In this document: positions 1 to 10,041 of the stretch, piece after piece | How the letters are laid out: every line of letters begins with the position of its first letter | Numbering within the stretch: the first letter of the stretch is position 1 | Source of the DNA: Microgenomates bacterium OLB22 | Lineage (GTDB): Bacteria; Patescibacteriota; Microgenomatia; UBA1406; HO2-37-13b | Assembly (NCBI GenBank): GCA_001567515.1 | Contig: LLEV01000010.1 | Span: 6,801 to 70,800 of the forward strand | Length of the DNA: 64,000 nt | Direction: 5' to 3' | Program-made: the position numbers and the translations under genes | The notes under the pieces: model-generated | Databases searched by the model: none | Told to the model about the DNA's origin: nothing | The model's input: only the letters and a program-made list of their open reading frames with translations

Positions 1-204
1 AGTCCCCTTCACAGTTGCATGGACCGACCTTAGTAAGTCATGATTGTGCAGTACAGAACTCATGAAGTAGGCGCAACACAACTCCCCGTCCTCCACAATG
101 TCCTTCTGCACACCATGATCTTCGAACCAGAGGTGCCTGTACTGAGTACTCCCTATCGCTCCCTCACATTGGCCCAAGACATTTCGATTGACTAGTAGTT
201 TCAT
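1..204 (-). CDS. hypothetical protein, N-terminal part only (gene runs off left edge)
   Basis: ATG at 204-202 and 68 open codons down to position 1 (MKLLVNRNVLGQCEGAIG...). Absent from the track because it is truncated. No family recognised. Confidence 0.35.
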   Translation of the reverse strand, partial: MKLLVNRNVLGQCEGAIGSTQYRHLWFEDHGVQKDIVEDGELCCAYFMSSVLHNHDLLRSVHATVKGT

Positions 205-482
205 AATTCTAGTGTAACAAGAAATGAATGAGTTAGTCCTCTATTATCCTATACTATAAGCATCCTCCTCGGGAGTGGCGACGCTCAGCCACTCCCAAGG
301 TGGTATTGGCCAATTTGGTATACGGTACTTACAGATCTTTCAAATAGGTATTGTCATGTTGCGACTACATACGACTGAGCATTAAAAGAACTAATTCATC
401 GAAATAGTCGTTTTTTATTGCAAAAAAGGAACACTTTCTATATACTATAGACATTATTGACACACCACGGAGGTGACACATT

Positions 483-647
483 ATGCGCCGGAAGAAGTCT
501 TTGCGCAACATCCGTGCCTGGTACAAGCGCATCAGCGCCAAGGGTGAGCGGCGCAAGGTGCGCCAGTTCGCTCACATCTTCAATTTGGAGCTTGAGCCAG
601 CACCACCCAAGCAGGATCGCAATCATCACACCTGGGACATTTGGTAG
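483..647 (+). CDS. small basic hypothetical protein (54 aa)
   Basis: ATG 483 with GGAGGTG about 8 nt upstream and a TATACT box at 441-446. Sequence MRRKKSLRNIRAWYKRISAKGERRKVRQ... Below the track size cutoff. Confidence 0.4.
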   Translation: MRRKKSLRNIRAWYKRISAKGERRKVRQFAHIFNLELEPAPPKQDRNHHTWDIW

Positions 648-778
648 TGTCTATATGCCCGCGTAGTCATAGGTCTCATGACCTACTGATGAAACGGGCA
701 CTTTTTTTGTATAATATGATCGGATTATCGCTAAAGGATCGATAGTAGCGATCAAATCGATATGTTTCGATGAAACTA

Positions 779-800
779 TTGAGTAATGGTGGCTGTAGCT
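779..800 (+). repeat. direct repeat copy 1: 9 nt of flank plus the first 13 nt of tRNA-His (ttgagtaatggtggctgtagct)
   Basis: 21 of 22 nt identical to 1122-1143. The two copies bracket the GIY-YIG gene. Confidence 0.85.
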
Positions 801-856
801 TCCCGACGTTGCAGTCGGGATTCCGACTCAGTATGACGTCGGAACAAGTTAATGTT

Positions 857-1117
857 ATGGGGTATATTTATATTCTTAAAAGTAACAAAAAAAATAAGTA
901 CTACATTGGGTCGACAAAAAGATCTGTGGCAGTCAAACTGCTGGACCATAACGTGGGTAGGGTTATATCGACAAAGCATGACCGTCCATGGAGTATAGTT
1001 GTGACAAAGGAGTATGCGACATATTCTGAAGCTAGGAGTGTAGAATTGCGACTAAAGAAACTAAAGAGAAAAGACTATCTTAAGAAGATTGAAGAAGATG
1101 GTTATATTCGCTTGTGA
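857..1117 (+). CDS. GIY-YIG nuclease family protein (UPF0213-like, 86 aa)
   Basis: MGYIYILKSNKKNKYYIGSTK... is a GIY-YIG motif with Arg/Glu downstream. The start was moved to the internal Met of ORF 770-1117. Confidence 0.8.
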   Translation: MGYIYILKSNKKNKYYIGSTKRSVAVKLLDHNVGRVISTKHDRPWSIVVTKEYATYSEARSVELRLKKLKRKDYLKKIEEDGYIRL

Positions 1118-1121
1118 GTTT

Positions 1122-1143
1122 TTGAGTATTGGTGGCTGTAGCT
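1122..1143 (+). repeat. direct repeat copy 2 (overlaps the 5' end of the intact tRNA-His)
   Basis: ttgagtattggtggctgtagct, compared with 779-800. Confidence 0.85.
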
Positions 1144-1205
1144 CAGTTGGTTAGAGCATCAGATTGTGGATCTGAGGGTCGCGGGTTCGAGTCCCGTCAG
1201 TCGCC
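1131..1205 (+). tRNA. tRNA-His(GTG) with encoded G-1
   Basis: Cloverleaf folded by hand. The 8-bp acceptor includes G-1:C73, the anticodon loop is ttGTGga, and the T-loop is ttcgagt. Confidence 0.9.
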
Positions 1206-1357
1206 CATTAGAGTTTGTTTCTGAGTCTGCCTATGGCGGATGAAGAAATACAAGCTCGTATGTCAGGCTAGCATCGCCACATGAGCCGTGACTGACCCAC
1301 AAAAAAAGCCTACAAGGCTTTGCTTGTAGGCGAATTAAACGAAATAAAGAGCTTGAG

Positions 1358-1735
1358 TTAGATGTCGGGACCCTCATCAACGAAATTAGCAAGTCTTCCC
1401 TGCCCACTAGTGGGCTTTGCCTTAAATGTAAGGGACCTATCTACCCCATTTCTCCCATTGTCCTTTTCATCGTAGGTCACTATCCATCCAGCTTCACTAT
1501 ATATCCGAATAATCTCAATAGCCAGAATATCTATCCTATTTCGATCTGGGATATCTCCCAGGGCATCGAACACGTACGTAACCTCTGTCCCAGGACGATA
1601 CTTTGTCTTGAGGGTCTGATCGAGTGCTACTATCGCGTTCGATATGAACTCTCGCTCTGCATCAGTGAGGATAAGAATATCCTGTGGACTGATGGGCACT
1701 TTACACTCCTTGTTTTCTATGCAGACACTATACAA
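1358..1735 (-). CDS. hypothetical protein
   Basis: 125-aa ORF with no recognised motif. Confidence 0.5.
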   Translation of the reverse strand: MYSVCIENKECKVPISPQDILILTDAEREFISNAIVALDQTLKTKYRPGTEVTYVFDALGDIPDRNRIDILAIEIIRIYSEAGWIVTYDEKDNGRNGVDRSLTFKAKPTSGQGRLANFVDEGPDI

Positions 1736-1908
1736 ATAGTATATCCTATTATTATAGGATTTTCAATTGAAATAGAGATATCTTGCATTTTGGTCATTGA
1801 TTCTATAAAGTAGGTATATACCATGCACCCTCTATCAACATGTTCGGGTGATGAAAAAACTTCTCTGCTGCTGTCCTTTTTTTACCCTAGAAAGGAGGTG
1901 AGTGAGTG

Positions 1909-2262
1909 ATGGATCGCGTGATGCTTGCCAGGCTATTTGGTATCGTATTTCTTGTAGTAGGAGTCTTAGGCTTTTTTATGAATCCCCTTTTTGGAGTATT
2001 TGAGACAGACGCCATGCAAAATAGTCTTCATATAGTCATAGGGCTTGCGGGTTTGTACCTTTCGATGCAAGGAGAGACTGGTGCTATGACCTATGGAAAA
2101 TTATTCGGCATTGGTATGGCTGTGATTACGGTGCTTGGCTTTGTGCTACCTGGTGGTGACATCCTTGGGCTATTCCGTGTCAACATGGCCGATAATTATT
2201 TGCATGTTGTTCTTTCGGTGGCCTTATTGTATCTTGGCTTTGCCCGGATACGAACGAAATAA
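1909..2262 (+). CDS. DUF4383-like small membrane protein
   Basis: AAGGAGGTG lies upstream. Four hydrophobic helices with NxLH motifs (MQNSLHIVIG, DNYLHVVL) typical of DUF4383. Confidence 0.65.
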   Translation: MDRVMLARLFGIVFLVVGVLGFFMNPLFGVFETDAMQNSLHIVIGLAGLYLSMQGETGAMTYGKLFGIGMAVITVLGFVLPGGDILGLFRVNMADNYLHVVLSVALLYLGFARIRTK

Positions 2263-2290
2263 GGGCAAACAGAAGTAGTTGAAAAGAAAC

Positions 2291-2318
2291 AAAAACGGTC
2301 ATAAATCGGCCGTTTTTG
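2291..2318 (+). terminator. hairpin terminator (aaaaacgg/ccgttttt)
   Basis: 8-bp stem flanked by A and T runs, directly after the stop codon. Confidence 0.55.
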
Positions 2319-2465
2319 TTTGTTCACTAGCATTTTGTTTAACGCTGCTACAAAAGTACAATCTACATCTATATTCCTGCTATTTTACATATAGTAAAAG
2401 GCCCATAATGATGGTATAATCCTATTGCACCTTGCAACTATAGATCTGCGAGAAGGGAGTCTGGT

Positions 2466-2897
2466 ATGAGGACACTAGTTCGCTATACATGTGCAGTGCT
2501 CCTGGCCATAGGATACATCTTTTTTTGGAGGACATTGTTTAAGGATACTATCCATAGTGGTAATCCGCTCGAGGTAGAAATCCGAAGATCTACGCTCGTA
2601 TTTGCAGAGCCATTTTCGCTTGAGGCTGGTAGCTGTGAATACTTTATTATTACCGCTCCACAAGATGCATCTCTTGTATCACAACAAACTGAAAAGCCTG
2701 TTGGTGTTGGCTGTTCTGGCCAGCGCTACTTTGTCGCATCGAATGAAAATGCCCCTGCCGGTAAGTGGTCGATGGAGATAGGTGCGGCGCATATTAGGGC
2801 TACGGGGCTCGATGGTGGCGAGGTAGTAGCTACCGAGATAAATGATGAATCGCTTGATGTTCTAAAAGCAGTAGTAGGTTTCTTTTTGTCATGTTGA
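2466..2897 (+). CDS. paralog family A bitopic membrane protein 1
   Basis: N-terminal and C-terminal TM segments. Shares motifs EAGSCEYF and PAGKWS with the next two genes. Own TATAAT box and GGGAG Shine-Dalgarno (SD) site. Confidence 0.7.
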   Translation: MRTLVRYTCAVLLAIGYIFFWRTLFKDTIHSGNPLEVEIRRSTLVFAEPFSLEAGSCEYFIITAPQDASLVSQQTEKPVGVGCSGQRYFVASNENAPAGKWSMEIGAAHIRATGLDGGEVVATEINDESLDVLKAVVGFFLSC

Positions 2898-3002
2898 TTA
2901 TGTTAGTAGTCTACGCATATACTGAAGATACTTAATTCAGCTTTGTCTGACTGGTAGAAGCCCCGTAAGAGTTACCCCCAATAGCATGTAGAGGAGGAGT
3001 TC

Positions 3003-3533
3003 ATGAAGAGGATGGCCCTTTGGGTGTGGTTTGCTTTTTTGATGGTGCTTTATGTGTTTCCAGTAAGAAATTGGACTTTCAGCGACACTACCCTCCAAGG
3101 TACGTCTGTTACTTTTAATGCTAGTGCAGATAGTAAAGTAGAGATAGAGGGTGACAATGTTTACTTCATGGCAGGAGCATGTAGCTATTATGCTATCTTT
3201 GATAACCAGGTGGTGATCACGGGTGAGCCGGTGAGTAAGCCACTTGGAGTTGAGGAATGTGCCTACTTCAAGACAGATGAACGTAAGATAAACAGTGGTA
3301 CCTGGATCGTCGCGAGCGGCTACCCAGAGATCACTCTCACAAGCGAAACCCCGCTGAAGGTGACTGTCGCTCGCTCTGATGGTTCGAAGGTAAGTCTATA
3401 CATACTTTTGTTTGTTGTGATTGGATTAGTTTTTATCTTAGGGTGTATTGTGGGTGATAGTTTGATCCCTTCTCGGCCACCCCTTTGGTATATACGATTG
3501 ATTGCTGCTAAGAGGTCAACCAGTAGTCGCTAA
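3003..3533 (+). CDS. paralog family A bitopic membrane protein 2
   Basis: N-terminal and C-terminal TM segments, with MAGACSYYAIF and NSGTWIV motifs. GGAGGAG SD site. Confidence 0.7.
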   Translation: MKRMALWVWFAFLMVLYVFPVRNWTFSDTTLQGTSVTFNASADSKVEIEGDNVYFMAGACSYYAIFDNQVVITGEPVSKPLGVEECAYFKTDERKINSGTWIVASGYPEITLTSETPLKVTVARSDGSKVSLYILLFVVIGLVFILGCIVGDSLIPSRPPLWYIRLIAAKRSTSSR

Positions 3534-3536
3534 TAC

Positions 3537-3564
3537 AGGAGTGTCATAGACACTCCTTTTTTTT
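3537..3564 (+). terminator. rho-independent terminator
   Basis: 9-bp stem aggagtgtc/gacactcct followed by T8. Confidence 0.8.
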
Positions 3565-3712
3565 GTGATTTTAGACTAAAAGTTTGGTTGTATATCCTGT
3601 AGTTATAGGCTCTTATGTGATATACTTAGTGTGTGCATTAGCATAAGAGCTTGATAGACCAAAAAGGAGGAGTTAGTGAAAGCACTTTTTTCTTACTGTA
3701 TGGTCGGGTCTG

Positions 3713-4168
3713 ATGATCATTCTGTTTGTTCTTTTTATCAGATGGCTTAGCTCCCCCAGCATACTGACGGGAAAGGATTTGATAAAGACTATTACCCCTG
3801 GTTCTAGTCTACAAATAGAGGGGACAAATATTACTCTTGAGGCTGGCGGATGCGGCCTTTTCGCACTTTTCAGCCCGTCTCACCAGCCTGTTGTTGGAGT
3901 CCCTGAGCAAATCAAGGATCGTCTGGGGTTGCAAGACTCATGCGCTTTGTACTCCTCGGCTCGTTCTGAGAATTTTCCTGCGGGAAAGTGGTCAGTTGAG
4001 GGTGCTTCGGCTGAGTATCATTTTGTAAGCCCACAGGATATGGAGCTATCTGTCGTGACACCATGGCCCCTTATTATTTTTTTTGGGGTGGTTAGTTTTA
4101 TTTTATGCGGGGTTTCTATACTTCTAGGGTTTGCTCTTGAAGATGAAGTCTTGAGGCTCCCATCTTGA
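3713..4168 (+). CDS. paralog family A bitopic membrane protein 3
   Basis: EAGGCGLFALF and PAGKWSV motifs. A GTG at 3676 with an AAGGAGG SD site lies one frame off across a T run (3686-3691), so the true start is probably upstream. Confidence 0.7.
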   Translation: MIILFVLFIRWLSSPSILTGKDLIKTITPGSSLQIEGTNITLEAGGCGLFALFSPSHQPVVGVPEQIKDRLGLQDSCALYSSARSENFPAGKWSVEGASAEYHFVSPQDMELSVVTPWPLIIFFGVVSFILCGVSILLGFALEDEVLRLPS

Positions 4169-4231
4169 CTTCCACGGCAAATCAGGAAGGCTAGCTCAAC
4201 TTCTTCAGGTAGATAGTAACTCTTATATGTG

Positions 4232-4259
4232 GGGATGTGACTATCACATCCCTCTTTTT
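4232..4259 (+). terminator. rho-independent terminator
   Basis: Stem gggatgtg/cacatccc followed by a T-rich tail. Confidence 0.7.
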
Positions 4260-4291
4260 ATAATCTCTATTGGCACAAAGCTGCAGATCTG

Positions 4292-4363
4292 TGAGCCGGG
4301 GGGGATTCGAACCCTCAACCAACTCCTTAAGAGGGAGCTGCTCTACCGTTGAGCTACCGGCCC
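4292..4363 (-). tRNA. tRNA-Lys(CTT)
   Basis: Reverse complement folds as a cloverleaf. Anticodon loop ctCTTaa, T-loop ttcgaat. Confidence 0.85.
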
Positions 4364-4950
4364 TTGTTATATCACACTTGTTCTATTAGCTTTTTATACA
4401 TACCTTTTCCTCTCCAGCACTTAAATTTCCTTCTCACTTAGACTAGTTTGCCTAAAGTCTCATATTCTTCAGAATACACAATTTCATATGTCTCAATCTT
4501 CTCGAAGTTCTTACTGCTTTGATCAGTGTAGCCAAAGTCCTCCTTCAAACCATTAGGTATGCTGACGTAGAATTGATCTGATTCTAGAATTTGCAAAATG
4601 TAATTCCAACTTGTACTAATGTACTCTACCGCTTGCTCCGATAGTTAAGACCTATCCGGGTCTAACTACGGGTCCATAAAGACTTATTATACCAGAGAGC
4701 TCTATTTGCTTACAAATAGACTTCTAACCATGATACGCATAGTCTCAGGCGTCACTGTGCTTAGCAGATCCCTGTTGTTGGAGACCCTATCTGAACATTC
4801 TTCATCTAGTCAATGACTGTCAATACTGCTGGGTGGATACTGTCGGTTAGGTGACAAATGTTTACTTTCTCCCACAACCTTACTGCACTTGAGAATGAGC
4901 CCATAATATGATATAATTCGTTCTACGTAGATTGACAAAAGGAGAAACTA

Positions 4951-5814
4951 GTGAAGAGTAAGTCTGGCGCCATCACTTTTTTCTTTGTGGTGGGGGTGAT
5001 AGCTCTCAGCTATTGGGGTGCTTTTTCTTGGAGCAGCAGCAATGTTAGAGAAGAGGCTGTGGCCTGTAATCTGAGGATCTCTGACATAGGAGCTTCTTCG
5101 ATCTTTCGTGAGCGAGAAGAAACCTATTACCTTAACCCCGGTGGGGAAAACATAAAGATCAAATCAGGATTGAGAGCGGACTACACTGACAGGATGATGG
5201 GCCTCCAAAGATACTTCCACGTACCGGAGGAGGCCCAAAATACAGGACTGTTTAGGTATTCTATTGAAATGGCAACTAAAAGTTGCCCACATGGTCCTGG
5301 GGCTTTGACCGTATACCTCAGACCTGCGCAAGCAGAGTCAGGGGTCATTACGGGGTGGTCTCCGTTGCGAAGTGAAAGTAGCGGAGGGATGTTCGTGTTG
5401 CGAACCCAGCACCACAATGGGGACTATATAGAAATCCCTGTCGAGGATGAGCTCCTCGCTCTTGTGCTGAGAAACCAATTGGGCAGCCTGTACGCAGAGG
5501 ATATACCTGCTCAGTCTTTGAGCGTAGAGCAGGTCATTGGAGATGCAAGCATCAAGCGCGTAGCTGCGCGTTTTCGTTGGTCATCACTAGTGACCAAAGG
5601 GCAAATCCTCGAGATGTTTGACGGTATCCTAAGGGCAAAATGGGAGCTCGATGGTTCGCAGAAGTATGCAGCCATTGTGCTAGGGTCCCCTACATTTCAA
5701 TCCGCTGATCTGGTCACCTCATCAAGTGTATTCTGGCCTCAGGTCAGGGTCACTGGTATGAACGAAGTTACAGATCCAGTAGAAGTCGTTACAGGGGTCC
5801 TTTACTGGCGATAA
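4951..5814 (+). CDS. hypothetical membrane-anchored or secreted protein
   Basis: GTG start after AAAGGAG. Single N-terminal TM segment. No known motif. Confidence 0.6.
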   Translation: MKSKSGAITFFFVVGVIALSYWGAFSWSSSNVREEAVACNLRISDIGASSIFREREETYYLNPGGENIKIKSGLRADYTDRMMGLQRYFHVPEEAQNTGLFRYSIEMATKSCPHGPGALTVYLRPAQAESGVITGWSPLRSESSGGMFVLRTQHHNGDYIEIPVEDELLALVLRNQLGSLYAEDIPAQSLSVEQVIGDASIKRVAARFRWSSLVTKGQILEMFDGILRAKWELDGSQKYAAIVLGSPTFQSADLVTSSSVFWPQVRVTGMNEVTDPVEVVTGVLYWR

Positions 5815-5823
5815 GATCACCAG

Positions 5824-5854
5824 AGCCACTACCTATGTGTAGTGGCTTTTTTTG
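5824..5854 (+). terminator. rho-independent terminator
   Basis: Stem agccactac/gtagtggct followed by T7. Confidence 0.85.
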
Positions 5855-5905
5855 GCATTGCTTCATTTTGTTGTTGAATTCTGCAATTGTCCACTATAAT
5901 GGGGC

Positions 5906-6649
5906 ATGGATAAGAAAAGCACTCCCAAAAAAACCACAAAGAAAATTGCTCCAAAAAAGCATGATAAGGTCGCGGTAGCGGAAGAGTTATATATACCTGA
6001 TGAAGTGGATGAAGATCCTATGTTGAGTGGAGCGGCTGCTCCAATGGTGACCGAACCAGCGGGAGGGGTCCTGCGCAATCCCGCTTTTTACCTCCTTCTT
6101 GTGATTGTTGGACTTTGTGCGCTTGTTTATAGTCAAAAACATCTAGTACTAGCAGCTATGGTAAATGGTAAGCCTATCTGGCGTTACACCGTCATCAAAG
6201 AGCTCGAACATCAAGGTGGCAAATTTATTCTAGATGAACAGGTTACTAGTACCTTGTTGGATGCCTACGCCAAGGAAAAGAAAGTTGATGTGTCAGACAA
6301 AGATGTGAAGGCAGAGTATGACAAGATAGGTAAGCAATTAAGTGAGAATGGTCAGACTATTGATCAATTTCTCTCCTTTCAAGGGATGACTAAAGACCAG
6401 CTTATGATCCAGATCAAGCGTCAATTAATGCTAAAGAAGCTTGTAGCCGGTAGTGTGAAAGTAACAGATGAAGACGTGGAACAATATAAAAAGGATAATA
6501 AGGATCAACTCCCAAAGGACTTGGACGCTGAAGCGCTTGATACCCAAGTACGTCAGCAGATAGAATCAGAAAAGATCAGTGCAGAAGTCCAAAAGCTACT
6601 CTCTACTCTCCGTGAAAAGGCAGATGTAAAGTATTTTATTACTTACTGA
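5906..6649 (+). CDS. SurA N-terminal-domain / PrsA-like chaperone candidate
   Basis: Lys-rich N-terminus, one TM segment, then VNGKPI...ELE...QL and repeated charged helices as in SurA_N-type foldases. No clear PPIase core was seen. Confidence 0.45.
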   Translation: MDKKSTPKKTTKKIAPKKHDKVAVAEELYIPDEVDEDPMLSGAAAPMVTEPAGGVLRNPAFYLLLVIVGLCALVYSQKHLVLAAMVNGKPIWRYTVIKELEHQGGKFILDEQVTSTLLDAYAKEKKVDVSDKDVKAEYDKIGKQLSENGQTIDQFLSFQGMTKDQLMIQIKRQLMLKKLVAGSVKVTDEDVEQYKKDNKDQLPKDLDAEALDTQVRQQIESEKISAEVQKLLSTLREKADVKYFITY

Positions 6650-6775
6650 GGTTGAACTAGTTGGTAGGGTCATGCATCCTGACCCTCCTTGTTGGGAGAA
6701 GGATCCACATAATTGGAGTTTGGATTACAAGAGCTTCACTGCGTTGAGAATGACGGGGACATAAATTACAAGCCT

Positions 6776-8425
6776 TTACAAAATCTCTTCTCTCCTTCCC
6801 TTGGTAAATCTGATCCATTCTTCGACTACCTCTACGATCAGTTTAAACGGAGCCTCCAAGACCACATCAAAAAACAGAATAAGGATGTTAAATCGTGATA
6901 GTTCGCTACTAAGGAGCTTTCCAAATGAGAGAAGGGGAAGGGCCAGTGTGTCAAGCACAGGTGCTAAAAATGCCTGGTCCCTTGCCACCGTGTATTCACG
7001 AGCAATTTGACGTATCCTAAATCCAAAAAACATTATTACGCTTACAAAAAAAATAAAGATCAACTTACTCACCATAGTAAATCCGAGTAGCTCCAAGCCG
7101 AGATATATACCACTGAACACAGCTATAGTGATAAAGGTATAAATGGCGGTAAATGCGGCAAACAGTATAGGTCGCCTATTTTTTTTTGCGCATAGCTATA
7201 TGGATAGTTTCTTGCATCTCGAAGTCTGACTCCTCATCTATGATATCTTCGATAAGACTTTTGGATAGTCTTTGTATTAGCTTCTCCTGGTGCTGAAGTG
7301 AAAAGGACGATAAGACCCATGAGCAAAGGAGGTGTTATGGTGTTTATAGCTACCGGGAGAAGTGATGCCTCAGCAAAAAGTGCAGTTGTAAGTGGTAGCT
7401 CGAGTAGCAAGACAAATAGCATCTTTGTGACAAAAATGTAGATGATACTTCTCCACCCTGCCCCCTTAAGTTTTTCGGCTACCTCTGTATAAGTCTTTTA
7501 TGCAAAGCTCTTTTACGTTAATATATAGATCCTTTTTGGATGAAAGCAGCTGCTGTGCAGCCTCTCCTTTTTCTTCGATCAAGTCAAATAGGATTCTAAA
7601 TGGAGGAAGTAATGTTGAGAGTTTTCGTGTCAGCCGAGGATGGTAGATATTCTCGATGATTCTCTCTACTTCGGCCGTAGTTTGGCGGAATTGCTCTCCG
7701 AGCTCACGTAATTGGTCTTCTGTAAGCTCTACAATTTTGCCCCACTGCAAAGTGAGGAGATGATACCTGATAAACACCTTGTCATTTTTGAGAAGTGTTT
7801 GTTCACAAGCCACGTAGTGATATTGGTCTTTCTCTTCTGGAGAGCATCCCTCTATGACGACCTTTTCCTTGGTTGTTTGGTAAAAAAAGTAGAGAAAGGA
7901 AAGTTTTCTGTGATGGTACTCAGGATTGAGGAGCTCCTCAATCTCACACGAGAGAAGATCTATCATATAGTCTCGTAAAGAGCTATGATTCTTCCCATGA
8001 CTGACCTGCTTTAGGAGCTGAAGGTAGGCATCAACACATTCCTGTATGCGTGTCACATCAGCGGATGTAAGTGCTCCCTTTTCGAAATAGTTACCCCAGA
8101 GGAGCTCTCTGATAATGTTTTCTCCCTCACCCTTACCCGAAGGATTGAGCCCCAATCGCCTGCGAAGTATACGAGCTATTGCTGCACGCCGAAATAGGTG
8201 TTCTTCAGTAAACTCAATAGCACTTCGTAGTTTTTCATATGCAAATGCCACAAATGAAGCCGCTTCAGATACCTCAATGGGGTCCCCCTTGCCCCTTCTT
8301 GCTGGACGAGTGCTGAGAGTCTCAAAAAGCTGCTTGGTGGATTTAGACAATAGTATTTTCTCCTCGGCTTGATCTGACATGCTGAAATTGTACCATGCCG
8401 TTGAATAATAAGTATCAATAACCAA
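6776..8425 (-). pseudogene. large conserved-looking membrane protein split over three frames (8425-7466, 7422-7234, 7120-6776)
   Basis: A soluble N-terminal 319 aa is followed by TM-rich pieces. These read on continuously once the frame is shifted near 7475 and near 7200. Confidence 0.5.
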
Positions 8426-8474
8426 TAGGAATCATTCGTTGAGTGTTCAATGACATTGTGAAATATTTTACATC

Positions 8475-9431
8475 TTACGATCTCTTTAAGTGTTCTATCC
8501 CGTCTGAAGTTGCTACCCTTCCCTTTGCAGTTCTTTTGATAAAACCAATCTTGAGTAAGTATGGCTCGATAAATTCCTCTAGTGTTCGTATATCTTCACT
8601 CAGTGCCATAGCAAGTGTGGAGACCCCTACTGGTCCACCCTCAAATGTGTTGATGAGTAGCTCCAGATACTTCTTGTCAATCTCTTGTAGTCCTTTGTCA
8701 TCAAGTTGCAGTAACTCAAATAAGTGCTCCAGATGATCATGCGAGATCTCACTCATCGCCTCTACTTGATGAAGATCGGCTAGGCGCTTCATGATCCTAT
8801 TTGCCAATCTTGGTGTTCCTCGCGACCTGATCACGATATGTTTGATGAGGTCGTCGTGAAGCGGTATCTTGAGCACCTTTGCCGTGCGACCTATTATCTG
8901 AGACATTTCAGCGTCACTATAAAAGTCCAGACGCAAGATCATTCCAAATCTATCTCTTAGTGGCGCAGACAGCGAGGCTACCCTTGTGGTAGCCCCTATG
9001 ATGGTTATACGAGGCACAGGGAGTCGCACGGTACGTGCTGAAGGGCCTTTGCCAATGACGATATCTAGGTGAAATTCTTCCAAAACTGGATAAAGTGATT
9101 CTTCTACAGCGCGGTGTAAGCGATGTATCTCGTCTATAAAAAGGACATCACGATCCTTGAGATTAGATAGGATGGCAGCGAGGTCGCCTGCTTTATCGAT
9201 AGCTGGGCCTGAAGTGATGCGCAAGTCACCTTTGAGCTCTTCAGCGAGGATAGCTGCTAGTGTAGTCTTCCCTATGCCGGGTGGGCCATAAAGAAGTACA
9301 TGTTCATTGATCTGGTTGCGCGAGTGTACAGCATCCAAGAAAAGCCGCAGCGCCTTTTTGACTGAGCTTTGTCCGATGTAGTCTTGTATGCGCTTTGGGC
9401 GCAATAGCTGTTCAAAAGGTTGTGTCGTCAT
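8475..9431 (-). CDS. ruvB: Holliday junction branch migration ATPase RuvB
   Basis: LLYGPPGIGKTTLA Walker A, DEIHRL, and the typical length and C-terminal winged helix. Confidence 0.95.
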   Translation of the reverse strand: MTTQPFEQLLRPKRIQDYIGQSSVKKALRLFLDAVHSRNQINEHVLLYGPPGIGKTTLAAILAEELKGDLRITSGPAIDKAGDLAAILSNLKDRDVLFIDEIHRLHRAVEESLYPVLEEFHLDIVIGKGPSARTVRLPVPRITIIGATTRVASLSAPLRDRFGMILRLDFYSDAEMSQIIGRTAKVLKIPLHDDLIKHIVIRSRGTPRLANRIMKRLADLHQVEAMSEISHDHLEHLFELLQLDDKGLQEIDKKYLELLINTFEGGPVGVSTLAMALSEDIRTLEEFIEPYLLKIGFIKRTAKGRVATSDGIEHLKRS

Positions 9432-9988
9432 GATCCAGAGGAGAGTTTTTGCAGGGCTGCTGTTATCCGCTCTTCTACAGACCCCATAGGTAACGACCCC
9501 ATGACCTCAATGATCTTGGCTTTATCAAATCCGAGTGAAAGAAGCGCATCAAGGGTTAGTTGCTCATCTGGAGTATAAGTAGTAGCCACAGCTTTTTCCA
9601 GTGAACCTGTCAGATCGAGCACCATTCTTTGTGCTGTCTTCTTCCCTACTCCTTTAATCTGAGTAAAAAATGATACATCCCCTTTGCCTATGGCATCCAC
9701 TACCTGGTCGTACCCCTTGGAAGATACTATGGTAAAGGCCATCTTTGGGCCTACACCATCGACCCCCAAGAGTTTAAGGAAAAGCCAGTACTGATCCCAG
9801 GTGAGAAAACCATAGAGTGTCAGAGCATCCTCTCTGACTGCTAGATGGGTGTAAAGCGTGACCTCTTTTCCATTATGGAAAGCTACTTCGGGTGAAGCAG
9901 AAACCAGGTACGTTACTCCCGAGACTGTCGAGACATAGGCGATATCATGGCGTATCTCTGTTATTTGTCCAGTTATTTTCCCGATCAT
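9428..9988 (-). CDS. ruvA: Holliday junction DNA helicase RuvA
   Basis: MIGKITGQI start, HhH region GVGPKMA/GVGKKTA. Overlaps the ruvB start by 4 nt. Confidence 0.9.
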   Translation of the reverse strand: MIGKITGQITEIRHDIAYVSTVSGVTYLVSASPEVAFHNGKEVTLYTHLAVREDALTLYGFLTWDQYWLFLKLLGVDGVGPKMAFTIVSSKGYDQVVDAIGKGDVSFFTQIKGVGKKTAQRMVLDLTGSLEKAVATTYTPDEQLTLDALLSLGFDKAKIIEVMGSLPMGSVEERITAALQKLSSGS

Positions 9989-10041
9989 AGTCTGCAGACG
10001 AATGTACACAGTCTGACAGTGATTGTCAAACTAGACACCAA

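Noticed and set aside
801-856. Two hairpins after the orphan tRNA-His 5' fragment (cccgac..gtcggg, ttccgac..gtcggaa) were considered as the rest of a second tRNA.
   Set aside because: No T-loop consensus, no anticodon arm geometry, and no 3' acceptor strand complementary to ggtggct.
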